DNA of 61,493 nucleotides, filler included, from Nitrospirae bacterium CG2_30_53_67 (GTDB lineage: Bacteria > CG2-30-53-67), in NCBI GenBank assembly GCA_001873285.1. It is 8 parts of 8 records of this genome, joined end to end, with 100 filler letters (N's around TTAATTAATTAA, not from the genome) between each part and the next. Parts side by side here need not be neighbours in the genome. Positions count along the whole stretch, not along the records: positions 16,863 to 39,760 come from MNYV01000081.1; 7 more parts are not named here. The stretch is one strand, 5' to 3'. Under the pieces are notes generated by a model that saw nothing but the letters and a program-made list of their open reading frames with translations, did no database searches and was not told the origin of the DNA. Below are positions 19,847-31,385 of this stretch, piece by piece. The position numbers and the translations under genes were made by a program. The first letter of the stretch is position 1. The number at the start of each line of letters is the position of its first letter.

Positions 19847-20863
19847 ATGATCGTCAATGCCGTTAAAAAACTTGTGATTGGCACGAACCTGAACCGGGAA
19901 GAGTGTTACGGGGCCATGGATGACATCATGGGCGGCCGGGCCACGCCGGCGCAGATCGCCTCCTTCATCACCGCGCTCAGGATCAAGGGAGAGACCGTGG
20001 AAGAGATCGCGGCCTGCGCCCAGGTCATGAGGGACCGGGTGGTCAGGGTCCATGTGGAAGCCGAGGACCTGGTGGATACCTGCGGCACCGGCGGTGATGG
20101 GGCCCGGACCTTCAATATCTCCACTACGGCCGCCTTTGTGGTGGCCGGGGCCGGGATCACGGTTGCCAAACACGGGAACCGGTCCGTCTCCAGCCAGAGC
20201 GGGAGCGCGGATCTCTTCGCCGCCCTCGGAGTGAATATCCAAGCCGGCATCCCCGTGGTGGAGCGCTGCCTTCGTGAAGTCGGCATCGGTTTTCTCTTCG
20301 CCCCCCTGCTGCACGGGGCCATGAAGCATGCCATAGGACCGAGACAGGAGATCGGGATACGGACCGTCTTCAATATCCTGGGTCCTCTCACCAATCCGGC
20401 CGGGGCTCCAAACCAGGTAATCGGGGTCTATGACCCGGAACTCACCGAGACCTTGTGCCAGGTCCTTCGCGAATTGGGGAGCCGCAGGGCCTATGTGGTG
20501 CATGGCTGCGACGGGCTGGACGAAATCACCCTCACCGGAACGACCAGGGTTTCAGAACTCAAGAACAACCGGATCTGGACCTTCAATCTGGACCCCGCCG
20601 AATTCGGTTTTCGTTATTGCAGGCCTGAAGACCTGAAGGGGGGAGATGCCGAAACCAATGCGAAGATCACCCTCTCGATCCTGAATGGAGAACCCGGACC
20701 CAAGAGGGACGTCATCCTCCTGAACGCGGCCGCCGCCATCTATGTGGCAGGCAGGTCCAAATCCCTGAAAGAGGGACTGGCCGCGGCCGCCGATTCCATC
20801 GAATCGGGAAGAGCCATGAACAAACTGGAAGCATTGAAGAGGGTTTCATCGGAAGGCGCGTGA
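19847..20863 (+). CDS. trpD: Anthranilate phosphoribosyltransferase
   Basis: DTCGTGGDG, FNIST, KHGNRSVSS, GLDE. Confidence 0.97.
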   Translation: MIVNAVKKLVIGTNLNREECYGAMDDIMGGRATPAQIASFITALRIKGETVEEIAACAQVMRDRVVRVHVEAEDLVDTCGTGGDGARTFNISTTAAFVVAGAGITVAKHGNRSVSSQSGSADLFAALGVNIQAGIPVVERCLREVGIGFLFAPLLHGAMKHAIGPRQEIGIRTVFNILGPLTNPAGAPNQVIGVYDPELTETLCQVLRELGSRRAYVVHGCDGLDEITLTGTTRVSELKNNRIWTFNLDPAEFGFRYCRPEDLKGGDAETNAKITLSILNGEPGPKRDVILLNAAAAIYVAGRSKSLKEGLAAAADSIESGRAMNKLEALKRVSSEGA

Positions 20864-20959
20864 CGGTCTCACGATGGACGGATCTTATACACAAAAAAAA
20901 GGTTCTTTCGGCGGGTGAAAACATCATATGGGATAAGAACCAAAAAAGGTTTGTAAGCC

Positions 20960-21754
20960 TTGACGTTAGATGATATATTGAAACAGGTTAAAAGGAGACT
21001 CCAAGAGCGGAAGAGCCGCGTTTCCATGCAGGATCTTGAGGATAGGCTTAGTGAGTGCGGGCCCACGCGTCACTTTGCAGAACGGATCAGCCGGCAGGGG
21101 GATGAAAGAATCCGGGTGATCGCCGAGGTCAAGAAGGCCTCTCCATCCAAAGGGGTCCTTCGCCGGGATTTTGATCCCGTGGAGATTGCCAGGGAGTATG
21201 AGCGGTACGGCGCCTCGGCCATCTCTGTGCTGACCGAAGAGGATTTCTTTTTAGGGCATCCGGGTTATTTGCAGGCGGTCAGAAGGGAGGTCGGGCTCCC
21301 TCTCCTTCGGAAGGATTTCATCCTGGAACCGTATCAGGTCGTGGAGGCCCGTGTTCTGGGGGCGGATGCATTCCTCCTGATCGCCTTTCTCCTTGCGGAC
21401 GGCCTCATGCAGGAGCTGATTCTGCTGGGACGGGATCTGGGGATGACGGCCCTGGTGGAGGTCGGAAGCGAAGAGGAACTGGACCGGGCGTTTTCCATGC
21501 CTGCCGAGGTGATCGGGATCAACAACCGGGACCTTAAGACCTTTGTGACCGACGTGGGCAACACCCTGAACCTGGTTGGAAAGATTCCCGAAGGGATGAC
21601 CGTGGTAAGCGAAAGCGGGATTGAATCTCCACGGGATCTTGAAAAACTGGAAGGCGCAGGCGTGGATGCGGTCCTGATCGGAGAGGCGCTCATGCGTTCC
21701 GTTCACCCCGGGGAAAAACTCAGAGAACTCCTCGGGTACGGGAAAAGGCCATGA
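20960..21754 (+). CDS. trpC: Indole-3-glycerol phosphate synthase
   Basis: IAEVKKASPSKG, LRKDF, GINNRDL, SESGI. Confidence 0.97.
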   Translation: MTLDDILKQVKRRLQERKSRVSMQDLEDRLSECGPTRHFAERISRQGDERIRVIAEVKKASPSKGVLRRDFDPVEIAREYERYGASAISVLTEEDFFLGHPGYLQAVRREVGLPLLRKDFILEPYQVVEARVLGADAFLLIAFLLADGLMQELILLGRDLGMTALVEVGSEEELDRAFSMPAEVIGINNRDLKTFVTDVGNTLNLVGKIPEGMTVVSESGIESPRDLEKLEGAGVDAVLIGEALMRSVHPGEKLRELLGYGKRP

Positions 21755-22395
21755 GGACGCGGATCAAGATCTGCGGGATCACGAATCTGAACGATGCCCT
21801 CTCCGCCGTGAAGTCAGGCGCCGATGCCCTCGGGTTTGTTTTTTATCAGCAGAGCCCGAGGTATATTGAGCCGGAGACTGCATCGAGAATCATCCGGAAT
21901 CTCCCTCCTCTGGTGACGGCGGTGGGTGTCTTTGTCAACGAGGAGATTGAAAAGGTCCATGAGATCGCAGGTGACTGTCTGCTGGACCTTCTCCAGTTCC
22001 ATGGTTCGGAATCGCCTGAATATTGTGAACGGCACAAAAAGCGTGTGATCAAGGCCTTTCGAGTCAAGGACGCCTCTTCCCTATCGGAGGTAAGCAAATA
22101 TAAGGATAAGGTCAACGGGTATCTTCTGGACAGTTGCTCGGAAGATGCCTACGGCGGGACCGGGAGCGCCTTTGACTGGTCGGTCGCCTGTGAAATCAGC
22201 CGGCACTTTCCGGTCGTGCTGGCCGGCGGACTCACCCCCGGCAATGTGGGGGAGGCCGTTTCGGTGGTCGAGCCTTACGGCGTGGATGTCAGCTCAGGTG
22301 TGGAGCGCGCGCCGGGGATCAAAGACATGGGAAAAATGCGAAGTTTTGTTGAGTCGGTCCGTAAAGCCGATGCAGAAAGATACAGGATAAAATGA
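21751..22395 (+). CDS. trpF: Phosphoribosylanthranilate isomerase
   Basis: IKICGIT, QFHGSE, GGTG..FDW, LAGGL, DVSSGVE. Confidence 0.97.
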   Translation: MRTRIKICGITNLNDALSAVKSGADALGFVFYQQSPRYIEPETASRIIRNLPPLVTAVGVFVNEEIEKVHEIAGDCLLDLLQFHGSESPEYCERHKKRVIKAFRVKDASSLSEVSKYKDKVNGYLLDSCSEDAYGGTGSAFDWSVACEISRHFPVVLAGGLTPGNVGEAVSVVEPYGVDVSSGVERAPGIKDMGKMRSFVESVRKADAERYRIK

Positions 22396-23591
22396 AAAAG
22401 ATGAACCTGCCCGATCATCGCGGACATTTTAATGAATTCGGCGGCAAATTTGTGCCGGAGACCCTGATGCCGGCCCTGGAGGAACTGGAGCGGGAGTATG
22501 CCCTGGCCCGGCAGGATCCCTCTTTCTCGGAAGAACTGGAGAATTACCTCAAGGAATACGTGGGGAGACCGACACCGCTTAGTCTGGCCCAGCGCCTCAC
22601 CGACCGTCTGGGAGGGGCCAGGATCTATCTGAAGAGGGAGGATCTGAATCATACCGGCGCGCATAAGATCAACAATACCCTCGGCCAGATCCTTCTTGCA
22701 CGGCGCATGGGAAAGAAACGGATTATCGCAGAAACCGGCGCAGGGCAGCACGGAGTGGCCACGGCCACGGCAGCGGCCCTGTTCGGCCTTGAGTGCGAGA
22801 TCTTCATGGGAGAGGAAGATATCGAACGGCAGGCCCTCAATGTCTTCCGGATGCATCTCCTGGGAGCCAAGGTTACCCCGGTCCTTTCAGGGAGCCGGAC
22901 TTTGAAGGATGCCACCAACGAAGCCATCCGGGACTGGGTCACCCATGTAAAGGATACCCATTATATCATCGGTTCCGTGGTGGGCCCCCACCCCTATCCC
23001 ATGATGGTCCGGGATTTCCAGTCGGTGATCGGCAGGGAGACCCGTGAGCAGATCTTGGAAAAAGAAGGGAGACTCCCCGATTATCTCGTGGCCTGTGTGG
23101 GGGGAGGGAGCAATGCCATCGGCCTCTTCCATCCTTTCGTGGATGATCCGTCCGTACGCTTCATCGGTGTGGAGGCCGCGGGCCTGGGTATTGAAACCGG
23201 AAAGCATGCGGCCTCCATAGCGGCGGGAGAGAGAGGCGTGCTCCACGGGAGCATGAGCTTCCTGCTTCAGGACCGAGACGGGCAGGTCATCCCGGCCCAT
23301 TCCATTTCCGCGGGGCTCGATTATCCCGGGGTCGGGCCGGAGCACGCCTATTACCACGTGACCGGGCGGGCCAAGTATGTTTCCGTCACGGATGATGAGG
23401 CCCTGGAAGGGCTGCAGCTTCTCTCTAAAACCGAGGGGATTATCCCTGCCCTGGAGAGCGCCCATGCCGTCGCCTATCTGAAGAAGCTGATTCCCGGTAC
23501 GGGGAAGAATCAGATCGTGGTCTTGAACCTGTCGGGCCGGGGAGATAAGGATGTGAACCATGTGGCCAAGATTCTGGAAAAGAGAAAATAA
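22392..23591 (+). CDS. trpB: Tryptophan synthase beta subunit
   Basis: [45 protein letters not shown]. Confidence 0.98.
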   Translation: MKKMNLPDHRGHFNEFGGKFVPETLMPALEELEREYALARQDPSFSEELENYLKEYVGRPTPLSLAQRLTDRLGGARIYLKREDLNHTGAHKINNTLGQILLARRMGKKRIIAETGAGQHGVATATAAALFGLECEIFMGEEDIERQALNVFRMHLLGAKVTPVLSGSRTLKDATNEAIRDWVTHVKDTHYIIGSVVGPHPYPMMVRDFQSVIGRETREQILEKEGRLPDYLVACVGGGSNAIGLFHPFVDDPSVRFIGVEAAGLGIETGKHAASIAAGERGVLHGSMSFLLQDRDGQVIPAHSISAGLDYPGVGPEHAYYHVTGRAKYVSVTDDEALEGLQLLSKTEGIIPALESAHAVAYLKKLIPGTGKNQIVVLNLSGRGDKDVNHVAKILEKRK

Positions 23592-23633
23592 CCGTTCAAA
23601 CCGTTTGAACGGTTTGATAAGAGGGGTTTTAAC

Positions 23634-24437
23634 TTGAGCAGGATCGACGAAGTCTTCAAGAGGTTGAAAAAAGAGAACGGCGTGGCCCTGATGCCGTTTA
23701 TGACGGCCGGGGATCCTGACCTCCATATGACCGGGAGCGTCATCCGGGAGCTGGAGAAGAACGGCGCCGATATCATTGAACTCGGCATCCCTTTTTCTGA
23801 TCCTCTGGCGGACGGCCCGACCATCCAGCGTTCATCCCAGCGGGCCCTGGCCGGAGGGGTTTCCCTCGCCAAGATTCTGATCTTTCTTAAGGAACTGAGA
23901 AGGGATGTCTCCATACCGATCGTGCTCATGGGGTATTACAACCCCTTTTTCCGTTACGGTTTGGAACGTTTTGCCGGAGACGCCAAAGAGGCAGGCGCCG
24001 ACGGGTTGATCGTCCCCGACCTTCCGCCTGAGGAGGCGGAAGACCTGATCCGTGAGGCCCGCAGGGTAGACCTCGATACCGTCTTCCTCCTCGCGCCCAC
24101 GAGTACGGAGGAGAGGATCAAACGGATCGCCGCGGTCAGCCGCGGCTTTGTTTATTACGTATCGCTGACCGGCGTCACCGGCCAGAGAGACCGGCTTTCC
24201 GATGACATCGGTCTTTCCATAGACAGGATCCGCAAAGTCACGTCGCAGCCGGTCTGTGTGGGTTTCGGCATATCGAAACCTGAACATGCCGGCAGGGTGA
24301 GCCGTTTTGCCGACGGGGTGATCGTCGGGAGCGCCCTGGTGGGATTCATCGAGGAACACTTGAATGATCCGGCATGCCCTTTTAGGGCGGGTGATTTCCT
24401 GTTGGAGTTCCGCAAGGCAACGAAACGGCAGGGATGA
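23634..24437 (+). CDS. trpA: Tryptophan synthase alpha subunit
   Basis: ELGIPFSDPLADGPTIQ, MGYYNP, GVTG, VGFGIS, DGVIVGSA. Confidence 0.97.
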   Translation: MSRIDEVFKRLKKENGVALMPFMTAGDPDLHMTGSVIRELEKNGADIIELGIPFSDPLADGPTIQRSSQRALAGGVSLAKILIFLKELRRDVSIPIVLMGYYNPFFRYGLERFAGDAKEAGADGLIVPDLPPEEAEDLIREARRVDLDTVFLLAPTSTEERIKRIAAVSRGFVYYVSLTGVTGQRDRLSDDIGLSIDRIRKVTSQPVCVGFGISKPEHAGRVSRFADGVIVGSALVGFIEEHLNDPACPFRAGDFLLEFRKATKRQG

Positions 24438-24453
24438 GGAGGGAGAAGAGATC

Positions 24454-25149
24454 ATGGATTCCGGAAAAAACATTTCGTCCGTTGCAGAACCGGGGACATC
24501 AGGGGCCGGCGACCTTTTTGAGAAGTTCGGGGAGAGCATCCCCAAGGGAAAAGTCCTTTTCTATGAAGGGGACCCTGGGCAGGAGATGTATATCATCCAG
24601 TCAGGCAAGGTCCGTATCAGTAAACGGGTCCGGAATGTGGAGAAGACCCTGGTGATCCTGGGTAAGGGGGAATTTTTCGGGGAGATGGCGATTCTGAACA
24701 ACCGGCCCCGTTCAGCCACGGCCATGGTGATCGAAGACTGCAAGATTCTGATGATAGACCGCAAAACTTTTGATACCATGATCCGGAACAATTCAGAAAT
24801 CGCCATACGGATTATCAAAAAACTGGCCGCCCGTCTTCAGGAGGCCGACAACCAGATCGAGAACCTCCTGCTGAAGGATAACCTGAGCCGGATGGTCAAT
24901 CTTTTGAAAAGATGGGCCATGGACAAGGGCGCGCCGGTTACAGGAGAGTTCAGCTTCGAATACTCACAGGAAGAACTGGCCTCGAATGCCGGCATTCCCG
25001 AGCCGCAGCTTCAAGACATGCTGAAAAAACTGTCCACTGCGAATATGATCCATCTCTCAGAGAGCCGTATCACCATTCCTAAAATGGAAGGGCTGGAACG
25101 GTTCTCTCACTATTTGGAGATGAAGGATCAATTCAGCAATCTGACATGA
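24454..25149 (+). CDS. Crp/Fnr-family cyclic-nucleotide-binding protein
   Basis: LFYEGDPGQEMYIIQSG...FFGEMAILNNRPRSATA (phosphate-binding cassette), C-helix, winged-HTH-like C-terminus. Confidence 0.9.
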   Translation: MDSGKNISSVAEPGTSGAGDLFEKFGESIPKGKVLFYEGDPGQEMYIIQSGKVRISKRVRNVEKTLVILGKGEFFGEMAILNNRPRSATAMVIEDCKILMIDRKTFDTMIRNNSEIAIRIIKKLAARLQEADNQIENLLLKDNLSRMVNLLKRWAMDKGAPVTGEFSFEYSQEELASNAGIPEPQLQDMLKKLSTANMIHLSESRITIPKMEGLERFSHYLEMKDQFSNLT

Positions 25150-25227
25150 GGGGCTAAAAAACGGTTCAAGCGGTTCAAAGGGTTCAAACAGTCGAAAAAA
25201 TTTGCAGGTGGATAACCAGGAGAGGTT

Positions 25228-25995
25228 ATGATGAAAATAGAGGTTCTCGGCTGCCATGGATCTGAAACCCCTGAGGCGAATGCCGCGGGTTTCCTGATTA
25301 ATGACTGTATTCTTCTGGAGGCCGGAACGGCCTCTTCGGTCCTCTCCATGGACCGGCAGCAGAAGATCAAATCCGTGATCATCAGCCATCTTCACCTGGA
25401 CCATATCAAGAGCCTTCCCTTTCTTGCGGACAACCGGATCGGCGAAGAGGGGAACAGTCTTACGGTCTACGGCATCCAGGACGTCATTGACGGGCTGAAG
25501 ACGCATGTATTCAATGATTCCCTATGGCCCGACTTCACCCGGATCGAGAACGGCAAGACCCCCCTCCTCGTTTTTCATCCCATCGTCCAGGGGGTGACGA
25601 CACCCATCGGGGACCTGGAGGTCTTACCGGTTGCCGTGAGACACTCGATCCCATCCGTGGGCCTGCTCATCAGGCAGAAGGGCCGCTCCCTTCTTTATAC
25701 GGGAGACACGGCTCCTACCCAGGAGATCTGGGACCTGGCGGCCAAGACTCCTGATCTTGCAGGCCTCATCGTTGAGACTTCCTTTCCGGACCGGATGCAG
25801 GAAATGGCAGCCATCAGCGGACATATGACCCCGTCCGTGCTGGTGAATGAACTCCGCAAGATGAACCGGCCTGGGGTCCCCGTCTACATCTTTCACATGA
25901 AACCCAAATACGAAGCGGTCATCGTGAAAGAGATCCATGAACGATTGGGGGAAAGGGTCCATATCCTCAGGGAAGGGGAGATCATCCGCCTCTAA
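25228..25995 (+). CDS. Class II 3',5'-cyclic-nucleotide phosphodiesterase (MBL fold)
   Basis: [48 protein letters not shown]. Confidence 0.85.
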   Translation: MMKIEVLGCHGSETPEANAAGFLINDCILLEAGTASSVLSMDRQQKIKSVIISHLHLDHIKSLPFLADNRIGEEGNSLTVYGIQDVIDGLKTHVFNDSLWPDFTRIENGKTPLLVFHPIVQGVTTPIGDLEVLPVAVRHSIPSVGLLIRQKGRSLLYTGDTAPTQEIWDLAAKTPDLAGLIVETSFPDRMQEMAAISGHMTPSVLVNELRKMNRPGVPVYIFHMKPKYEAVIVKEIHERLGERVHILREGEIIRL

Positions 25996-26011
25996 GCAGA
26001 TGAGGATTTTC

Positions 26012-26857
26012 ATGAACTGGTTCATTAAAAAGAAGATCAAGCCCCTTGATTCGGACCGGAAGGTGAAAATCGCCGAGGGGATGTGGGAAAAATGCCAGAA
26101 CTGCAAGGAGATCGTCTATAAGAAGGAGATCGAGAAGAATTACCGGGTCTGCCCCAAGTGTAACTACCATTTCCGCATCTCAGCGGAAGAGCGGATCCGG
26201 ATTGTGGCGGACGAAGGAAGTTTTTTGGAATTGGACGCCGGCCTTGCCTCCACGGACCCGCTGCATTTCAAGGATTCCCGCAAGTATAAGGACCGTCTCA
26301 AAGAGGGGGAAAAACTGACAGGGAAAAAGGATGCCGTGGTCTACGGGGATGCCGAGATTCAAGGGTACAAGGTGGTTCTGGCGGTCTTCGACTTCGGTTT
26401 CATGGGCGGGAGCATGGGATCCGTGGTGGGAGAGAAGATCACGCGGGCGATCGAGCGGGCGGTATCGTTGAGGGAACCCTTCATATCCTTTTCATCGTCC
26501 GGCGGGGCCAGGATGCAGGAGGGGGCCATCTCCCTGATGCAGATGGCCAAGACAAGCGCCGCTGTGTCAAGATTGGGAGACGCGGGTATGCCTTTTATTT
26601 CGATTCTCACCGATCCCACCTTCGGAGGCGTGACGGCGAGTTTTGCCATGCTGGGGGATATCATCCTTGCAGAGCCGAGGGCGCTCATCGGTTTTGCCGG
26701 TCCTCGAGTGATCGAACAGACCATCCGTGAAAAACTCCCGGAAGGGTTTCAGCGCGCCGAATTTCTACTCAAGCACGGGATGGTGGATAGGATCGTGGAA
26801 CGCAAAGAGATGAAGAAGACCCTTGCCGGGCTGCTCAGCCTTTTCTGGTATGTATGA
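26012..26857 (+). CDS. accD: Acetyl-CoA carboxylase carboxyltransferase beta subunit
   Basis: Zinc finger CQNC...[36 protein letters not shown]. Confidence 0.97.
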   Translation: MNWFIKKKIKPLDSDRKVKIAEGMWEKCQNCKEIVYKKEIEKNYRVCPKCNYHFRISAEERIRIVADEGSFLELDAGLASTDPLHFKDSRKYKDRLKEGEKLTGKKDAVVYGDAEIQGYKVVLAVFDFGFMGGSMGSVVGEKITRAIERAVSLREPFISFSSSGGARMQEGAISLMQMAKTSAAVSRLGDAGMPFISILTDPTFGGVTASFAMLGDIILAEPRALIGFAGPRVIEQTIREKLPEGFQRAEFLLKHGMVDRIVERKEMKKTLAGLLSLFWYV

Positions 26858-28161
26858 ACTATCAAGAAACGTTGGCCTGCCTTGAGAATCTGGAGGTTTA
26901 CGGGATCGTCCTCGGGCTTAAGAGAATGAACCGGATCCTCGATGAAATGGGGAACCCCCAGCGTCGGTTCCGATCCATCCATATCACAGGGACCAACGGA
27001 AAAGGTTCCACGGCGGTTTACCTGGCCTCCGTACTCAAGGAGTCCGGTTATCGAACAGGCCTTTATACCTCTCCCCATCTGAACCGGTTTTCTGAAAGGA
27101 TTCAGATCTGCGGTGAGGAGATTCCACCCGGGCAAGTCATCCGGTATACGGAACAGATTCTCTCCATCATCCGGGCCGCCGGGCCGGAGTTCAAACCCAC
27201 CTATTTTGAAGTGACCACGGCCATGGCCTTTGCCCATTTTGCCGACATGGAGGTGGAGTTTGCCGTGGTGGAGGCCGGGATGGGAGGGCGGCTGGATGCA
27301 ACCAACGTCCTCTCTCCTGAAGTTTCCGTGATCACGAACGTCGCCTTGGAACATACCGAATACCTGGGCACGTCGGTTGAAGAGATCGCCTGTGAAAAAG
27401 GCGGAATCATCAAGGATGGGGTGGATCTGGTGACGGCGGAAAGGGATCCCGGGGTCCTTGCCGTATTGCAAGAGATCTGCAGGAAAAGAGGGAGCCGTCT
27501 CATCCGTGCGGGGCATGACATCAAGGCCGAATCGGTCATCCTGGACCGCTCGGACGGGTCCCGGACCTTTGACTTCCTGGGAGACGAGCACCATTGGAAA
27601 GGGCTTACCATCCGCCTCATGGGGGCCTACCAGGCGCTGAACGCCGTGACCTCTCTCGGGGTTTTGGAGGGTCTGATCCGGAAAGGGGTGGAGATTCCTG
27701 AGTCAGCGGTCCGCCGGGGGCTGCCGGAGGCCCGATGGCCATGCCGCATGGAAGTCGTCTCCAGAAACCCTTATATCATCCTGGACGGCGCCCACAACCC
27801 GCATGCCTCACAGGCGCTTCTCCGGGTGATCGAGGAGGACCTCTCCTTCAGGGAATTGATCCTCGTGATCGGGATTTTCAAAGACAAGGATATTCCCTCG
27901 GTGGTGACCCCGCTTCTCGATCATGCGGATCACCTCATTCTGACCCGGTCCAGTCATACCCGGAGCGCGGATCCGCATGCCTTGGCCGAGGATATCAAGA
28001 GCCCGGGCCTTCACGTCTGGGTCAGGGACCGGATCCCCGATGCCATTGACCATGCCCGCTTCCTTTATCGAAGCGGAGACCTGATCCTCATCGCCGGTTC
28101 CCTCTATACGGCCGGGGAGGCAAGGAAATACCTTGTAAAAGGAGACATCAATTCTTTGTGA
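26854..28161 (+). CDS. folC: Bifunctional folylpolyglutamate synthase / dihydrofolate synthase
   Basis: [39 protein letters not shown]. Confidence 0.96.
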   Translation: MNYQETLACLENLEVYGIVLGLKRMNRILDEMGNPQRRFRSIHITGTNGKGSTAVYLASVLKESGYRTGLYTSPHLNRFSERIQICGEEIPPGQVIRYTEQILSIIRAAGPEFKPTYFEVTTAMAFAHFADMEVEFAVVEAGMGGRLDATNVLSPEVSVITNVALEHTEYLGTSVEEIACEKGGIIKDGVDLVTAERDPGVLAVLQEICRKRGSRLIRAGHDIKAESVILDRSDGSRTFDFLGDEHHWKGLTIRLMGAYQALNAVTSLGVLEGLIRKGVEIPESAVRRGLPEARWPCRMEVVSRNPYIILDGAHNPHASQALLRVIEEDLSFRELILVIGIFKDKDIPSVVTPLLDHADHLILTRSSHTRSADPHALAEDIKSPGLHVWVRDRIPDAIDHARFLYRSGDLILIAGSLYTAGEARKYLVKGDINSL

Positions 28162-28165
28162 AGGA

Positions 28166-30586
28166 GTGGAACCCGTGCATGGGTCAGGGCATTTCAGATC
28201 ATTCAGGGACATCCTCGCCGCCGTCCGCAGGAATCTCAAGGACCTGCGGGCGCATCACCCCCTCTTGGTGATCCTCTTATCCCTGTGTTATGCGCTTGTC
28301 ATCTTCACGCCGGTTTCTTCCCCGGCGGTGGATCTTGAGCCGGGTGAGGACGTGCGTATCGATGCGGACCGCCTCAACTACGATCAGAACCGCAAGATCT
28401 ATGCCGCGGAAGGGAACGTCGTATTCGTGACCGGGACCATGAAGCTCACGTGTGATGCTGCGGAATATTCAGATCTGACCGGGGCCTTTACCGCCGGAGG
28501 GAACGTGGTCTTCACGGATGAAAAAGGGACGGTCCTATGCAGCCGCGTGGAAGGGAATGCGAGGACCGGGCTTGGGACCTTCTATGTTGCGGAGATGGAC
28601 AACATAAAGGGAGGGTATTTCCTCAAGGGGGATCAGATCGACAAGCTGGGGGAGACGACCTATCATGCTGCCGGAGGCTCCTTCTCCGAATGCGGGAAAA
28701 AGAGACCCTTATGGGAGATCCGTGGGAAGAACCTTTGGGTGACCCAGGAGGAGTATGTGACCGGCAGGCATACGACCATGCGGATCGGAGGGGTTCCGGT
28801 TTTTTATACCCCTTACTTTTTATTTCCGATCAAAACCAAGAGGCAAAGCGGTCTGCTCCAGCCGGTGTTCGGGCAGGGGTCGCGTAACGGGAAATCAATC
28901 GAACTCGACTATTTCTGGAACATGGATACAAACCGGGATGCCACCTTCAGTTATGAGTACCTGGGAGACAACGGCAACCGCTTCGGTTTGGAATACCGGT
29001 ATGCCGTGGCCCAGGATGTCCATGGGGCCCTGTTCGGGAAATATATCCACGACCGCAACGCAGACCGAGAGGGCTCCCGGATCGGCATGAACCAGGACCG
29101 CTGGGAGATCGGGCTGACTCACTACCATAATCTTGAGGACCGGGTCTACGGCGGTATTTTCACGGACTTTTTCAGTGACGGGTTTTATCTCAGCGATTTT
29201 GCAACATCCCCGGAGGCCAGGGTTCAGGTCAACGGACAGTCGGACGTGACTCTGGTGAAGCGGTGGGATGGGGGAAACCTGAGCGCGGATTTTCGTTATT
29301 ACCAGGAGATGGGGGTCCGAAGGGAGAAGACCACCCTTCAGCCGATTCCGGAAATACGGCTCGACTTAACCCCAAGGAGGGCAGGGCAATCCAACTGGTT
29401 CTATGCGTTGGATTCCGGTTTTGTGAATTTTTACCGTCAGGAAGGCTACCGCTCCACACTAAGTCCCAATATCTCCTCGGACCCCTGGACCCTCACCCCG
29501 GTAACATCCGATCAGGCGGCAAACCTCCGGAAACTGACGGACGCGGGTTTTGATGCGGAGACCGCCCTGAGACACCAGGGGATCAAAGGCCGGCGTCTGG
29601 ACCTCTTCCCCAATGTTTCGCTTCCCCTGGATCTGATCTCCAACCTGGTTTTTACCCCGATGATCGGGTACCGTGAAACCTTGTATAGCCGGGGTGCTTT
29701 CAGCGAAGATTTTGCCGACCGGGGGATTTTCTATGCCGGGGGCGGCCTCTCCTCCCGGTTCTTCCGTGATTTTTCCCTGGGATCCTCCGGGTCCTTTCGT
29801 CATATCGTGGAACCCGGCATCACCTATGATTACCGGCCTGAACAGGGCCAGAAAGAGATCCCGATCTATGATGAGGTTGACACCATCGGTCATGCCGATC
29901 AGTTTCATCTGAAATTGACCAACCGGTTTCTGATGACCGGAAGAGGAGAACCCAAGGTTGGCCAGGTAAAGGAAACAGAAGTGGAGACTCGTGAGATCAT
30001 GGCCCTGAAATTCGATGCCTTGTACGACCGGCTCCTTGCCGAGCAGAGGTTCAGGTCCATCACCGGTGAATGGGACCTGAATTTTACGGACAGCCTGTAC
30101 ATGGAAATCAATTCCCTTTACAATTTTACGGAACATGATTTTGAAAGTCTGAACCTTGACCTGAAATACAAGGTCCAAGAGACGCTCACGTTCCAGGCGG
30201 GGCGGCGCTTCACACAGCGGATTCCCGTGGACTCCAACCGGCCCTCAGGTTCAGGGGAACTGAGGACCATCGGAGGGGACGACGTCTTAAATGCGCTCGA
30301 TAACCAGGGGATATCCTACTGGACCACTTCCGTGGGCTGGGAACCGAACAAGGCGCTCTCCATGAGTCTGTCGGGGTATTTCAATGCCGCCGACTCCACC
30401 GGCGACGACCTCTCGTTCAAACTGAGTTATCAAACGGAGTGCTGGGGCGCGATGCTTGTCGCAGATCGGTATGACGAATCGGTGCTCAACGATCATACCC
30501 ATGAGTTAGAGATGGACAGGGTGAACGAGATCCGTTTTTTCTTCACGATCAAATCGCTCCGTTTCAAGCTCTTTTCGAATATTTAG
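28166..30586 (+). CDS. lptD: LPS-assembly protein LptD
   Basis: OstA-like N-terminus (IDADRL..AEGNV), PVFYTPY..FPIKTKRQSGLL.P, beta-barrel with C-terminal ECWG. True start may lie further downstream. Confidence 0.88.
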   Translation: MEPVHGSGHFRSFRDILAAVRRNLKDLRAHHPLLVILLSLCYALVIFTPVSSPAVDLEPGEDVRIDADRLNYDQNRKIYAAEGNVVFVTGTMKLTCDAAEYSDLTGAFTAGGNVVFTDEKGTVLCSRVEGNARTGLGTFYVAEMDNIKGGYFLKGDQIDKLGETTYHAAGGSFSECGKKRPLWEIRGKNLWVTQEEYVTGRHTTMRIGGVPVFYTPYFLFPIKTKRQSGLLQPVFGQGSRNGKSIELDYFWNMDTNRDATFSYEYLGDNGNRFGLEYRYAVAQDVHGALFGKYIHDRNADREGSRIGMNQDRWEIGLTHYHNLEDRVYGGIFTDFFSDGFYLSDFATSPEARVQVNGQSDVTLVKRWDGGNLSADFRYYQEMGVRREKTTLQPIPEIRLDLTPRRAGQSNWFYALDSGFVNFYRQEGYRSTLSPNISSDPWTLTPVTSDQAANLRKLTDAGFDAETALRHQGIKGRRLDLFPNVSLPLDLISNLVFTPMIGYRETLYSRGAFSEDFADRGIFYAGGGLSSRFFRDFSLGSSGSFRHIVEPGITYDYRPEQGQKEIPIYDEVDTIGHADQFHLKLTNRFLMTGRGEPKVGQVKETEVETREIMALKFDALYDRLLAEQRFRSITGEWDLNFTDSLYMEINSLYNFTEHDFESLNLDLKYKVQETLTFQAGRRFTQRIPVDSNRPSGSGELRTIGGDDVLNALDNQGISYWTTSVGWEPNKALSMSLSGYFNAADSTGDDLSFKLSYQTECWGAMLVADRYDESVLNDHTHELEMDRVNEIRFFFTIKSLRFKLFSNI

Positions 30587-30686
30587 GTTGAATCGGGTTT
30601 TAAAAAATATTATGATCAATCAGGATCTTGATATTAAATTTAGGATTTCAACACCTGAGTAAGCGAGCGGTTGAAAAGGAGAATGT

Positions 30687-31142
30687 ATGATCGATGGGGT
30701 CAGGACCAAGGTCTTAAAGGTGATTCCGGATGAACGGGGACGGCTGATGGAGATGCTCCGGAGCGATGATCCCCTGTTCATCAAGTTCGGCCAGATCTAT
30801 CTGACCACGGCTTACCCCGGGGTCGTGAAGGGGTGGCATTACCATAAGAAGCAGATTGACAACTTCATCGTTGTCCGGGGGATGATGAAAATCGTCCTCT
30901 ATGACCAGCGTGAAGGCTCGCGCACCTATGGTGAGATCAATGAATTCTTTCTCGGGGATCACCAGCCGCTCCTGCTGCAGATCCCGGCCGGGGTTTGCCA
31001 TGGATTTAAGTGCGTGGGAGAGCATGAGGCCATGGTGGTGAATTGTCCCACGGAGACCTACAAGTATGATGATCCTGACGAATACCGGCTCGATCCTCAC
31101 CATAATGATATCCCATACGATTGGTCGAAAAAAGACGGATGA
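30687..31142 (+). CDS. rfbC: dTDP-4-dehydrorhamnose 3,5-epimerase family (cupin)
   Basis: DERGRL, GVVKGWHYH, IPAGVCHGF; adjacent to rfbB and rfbD. Confidence 0.85.
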   Translation: MIDGVRTKVLKVIPDERGRLMEMLRSDDPLFIKFGQIYLTTAYPGVVKGWHYHKKQIDNFIVVRGMMKIVLYDQREGSRTYGEINEFFLGDHQPLLLQIPAGVCHGFKCVGEHEAMVVNCPTETYKYDDPDEYRLDPHHNDIPYDWSKKDG

Positions 31143-31210
31143 AAATATTCGCCGGGCAAAACCTGCGTGTCTGCTGAAGGGCCGCGAAGCGGTCCTGTTC
31201 TTGAATATGA

Positions 31211-31344
31211 GGATCATCTCCAAAAGAGTGGGAGAAAACATAAGGGTTCATCGGTTTACCGGTATCAGTATTTCACTTGACCCCTTGACCCCTCGAACCC
31301 TTTTTACCCACTAAATGGCCGATGGCTCGTAGAGGAGAAGAACC
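31211..31344 (-). repeat. Octamer-repeat element (family C), internally deleted copy 3
   Basis: Both ends retained: GGATCATCTCCAAAAGAGTGGG...TTTTTACCCACTAAATGG...GGAGAAGAACC. Confidence 0.75.
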
Positions 31345-31385
31345 TATTATAATCATGCACCGGATATTTTATTAAGGGAAGACAA

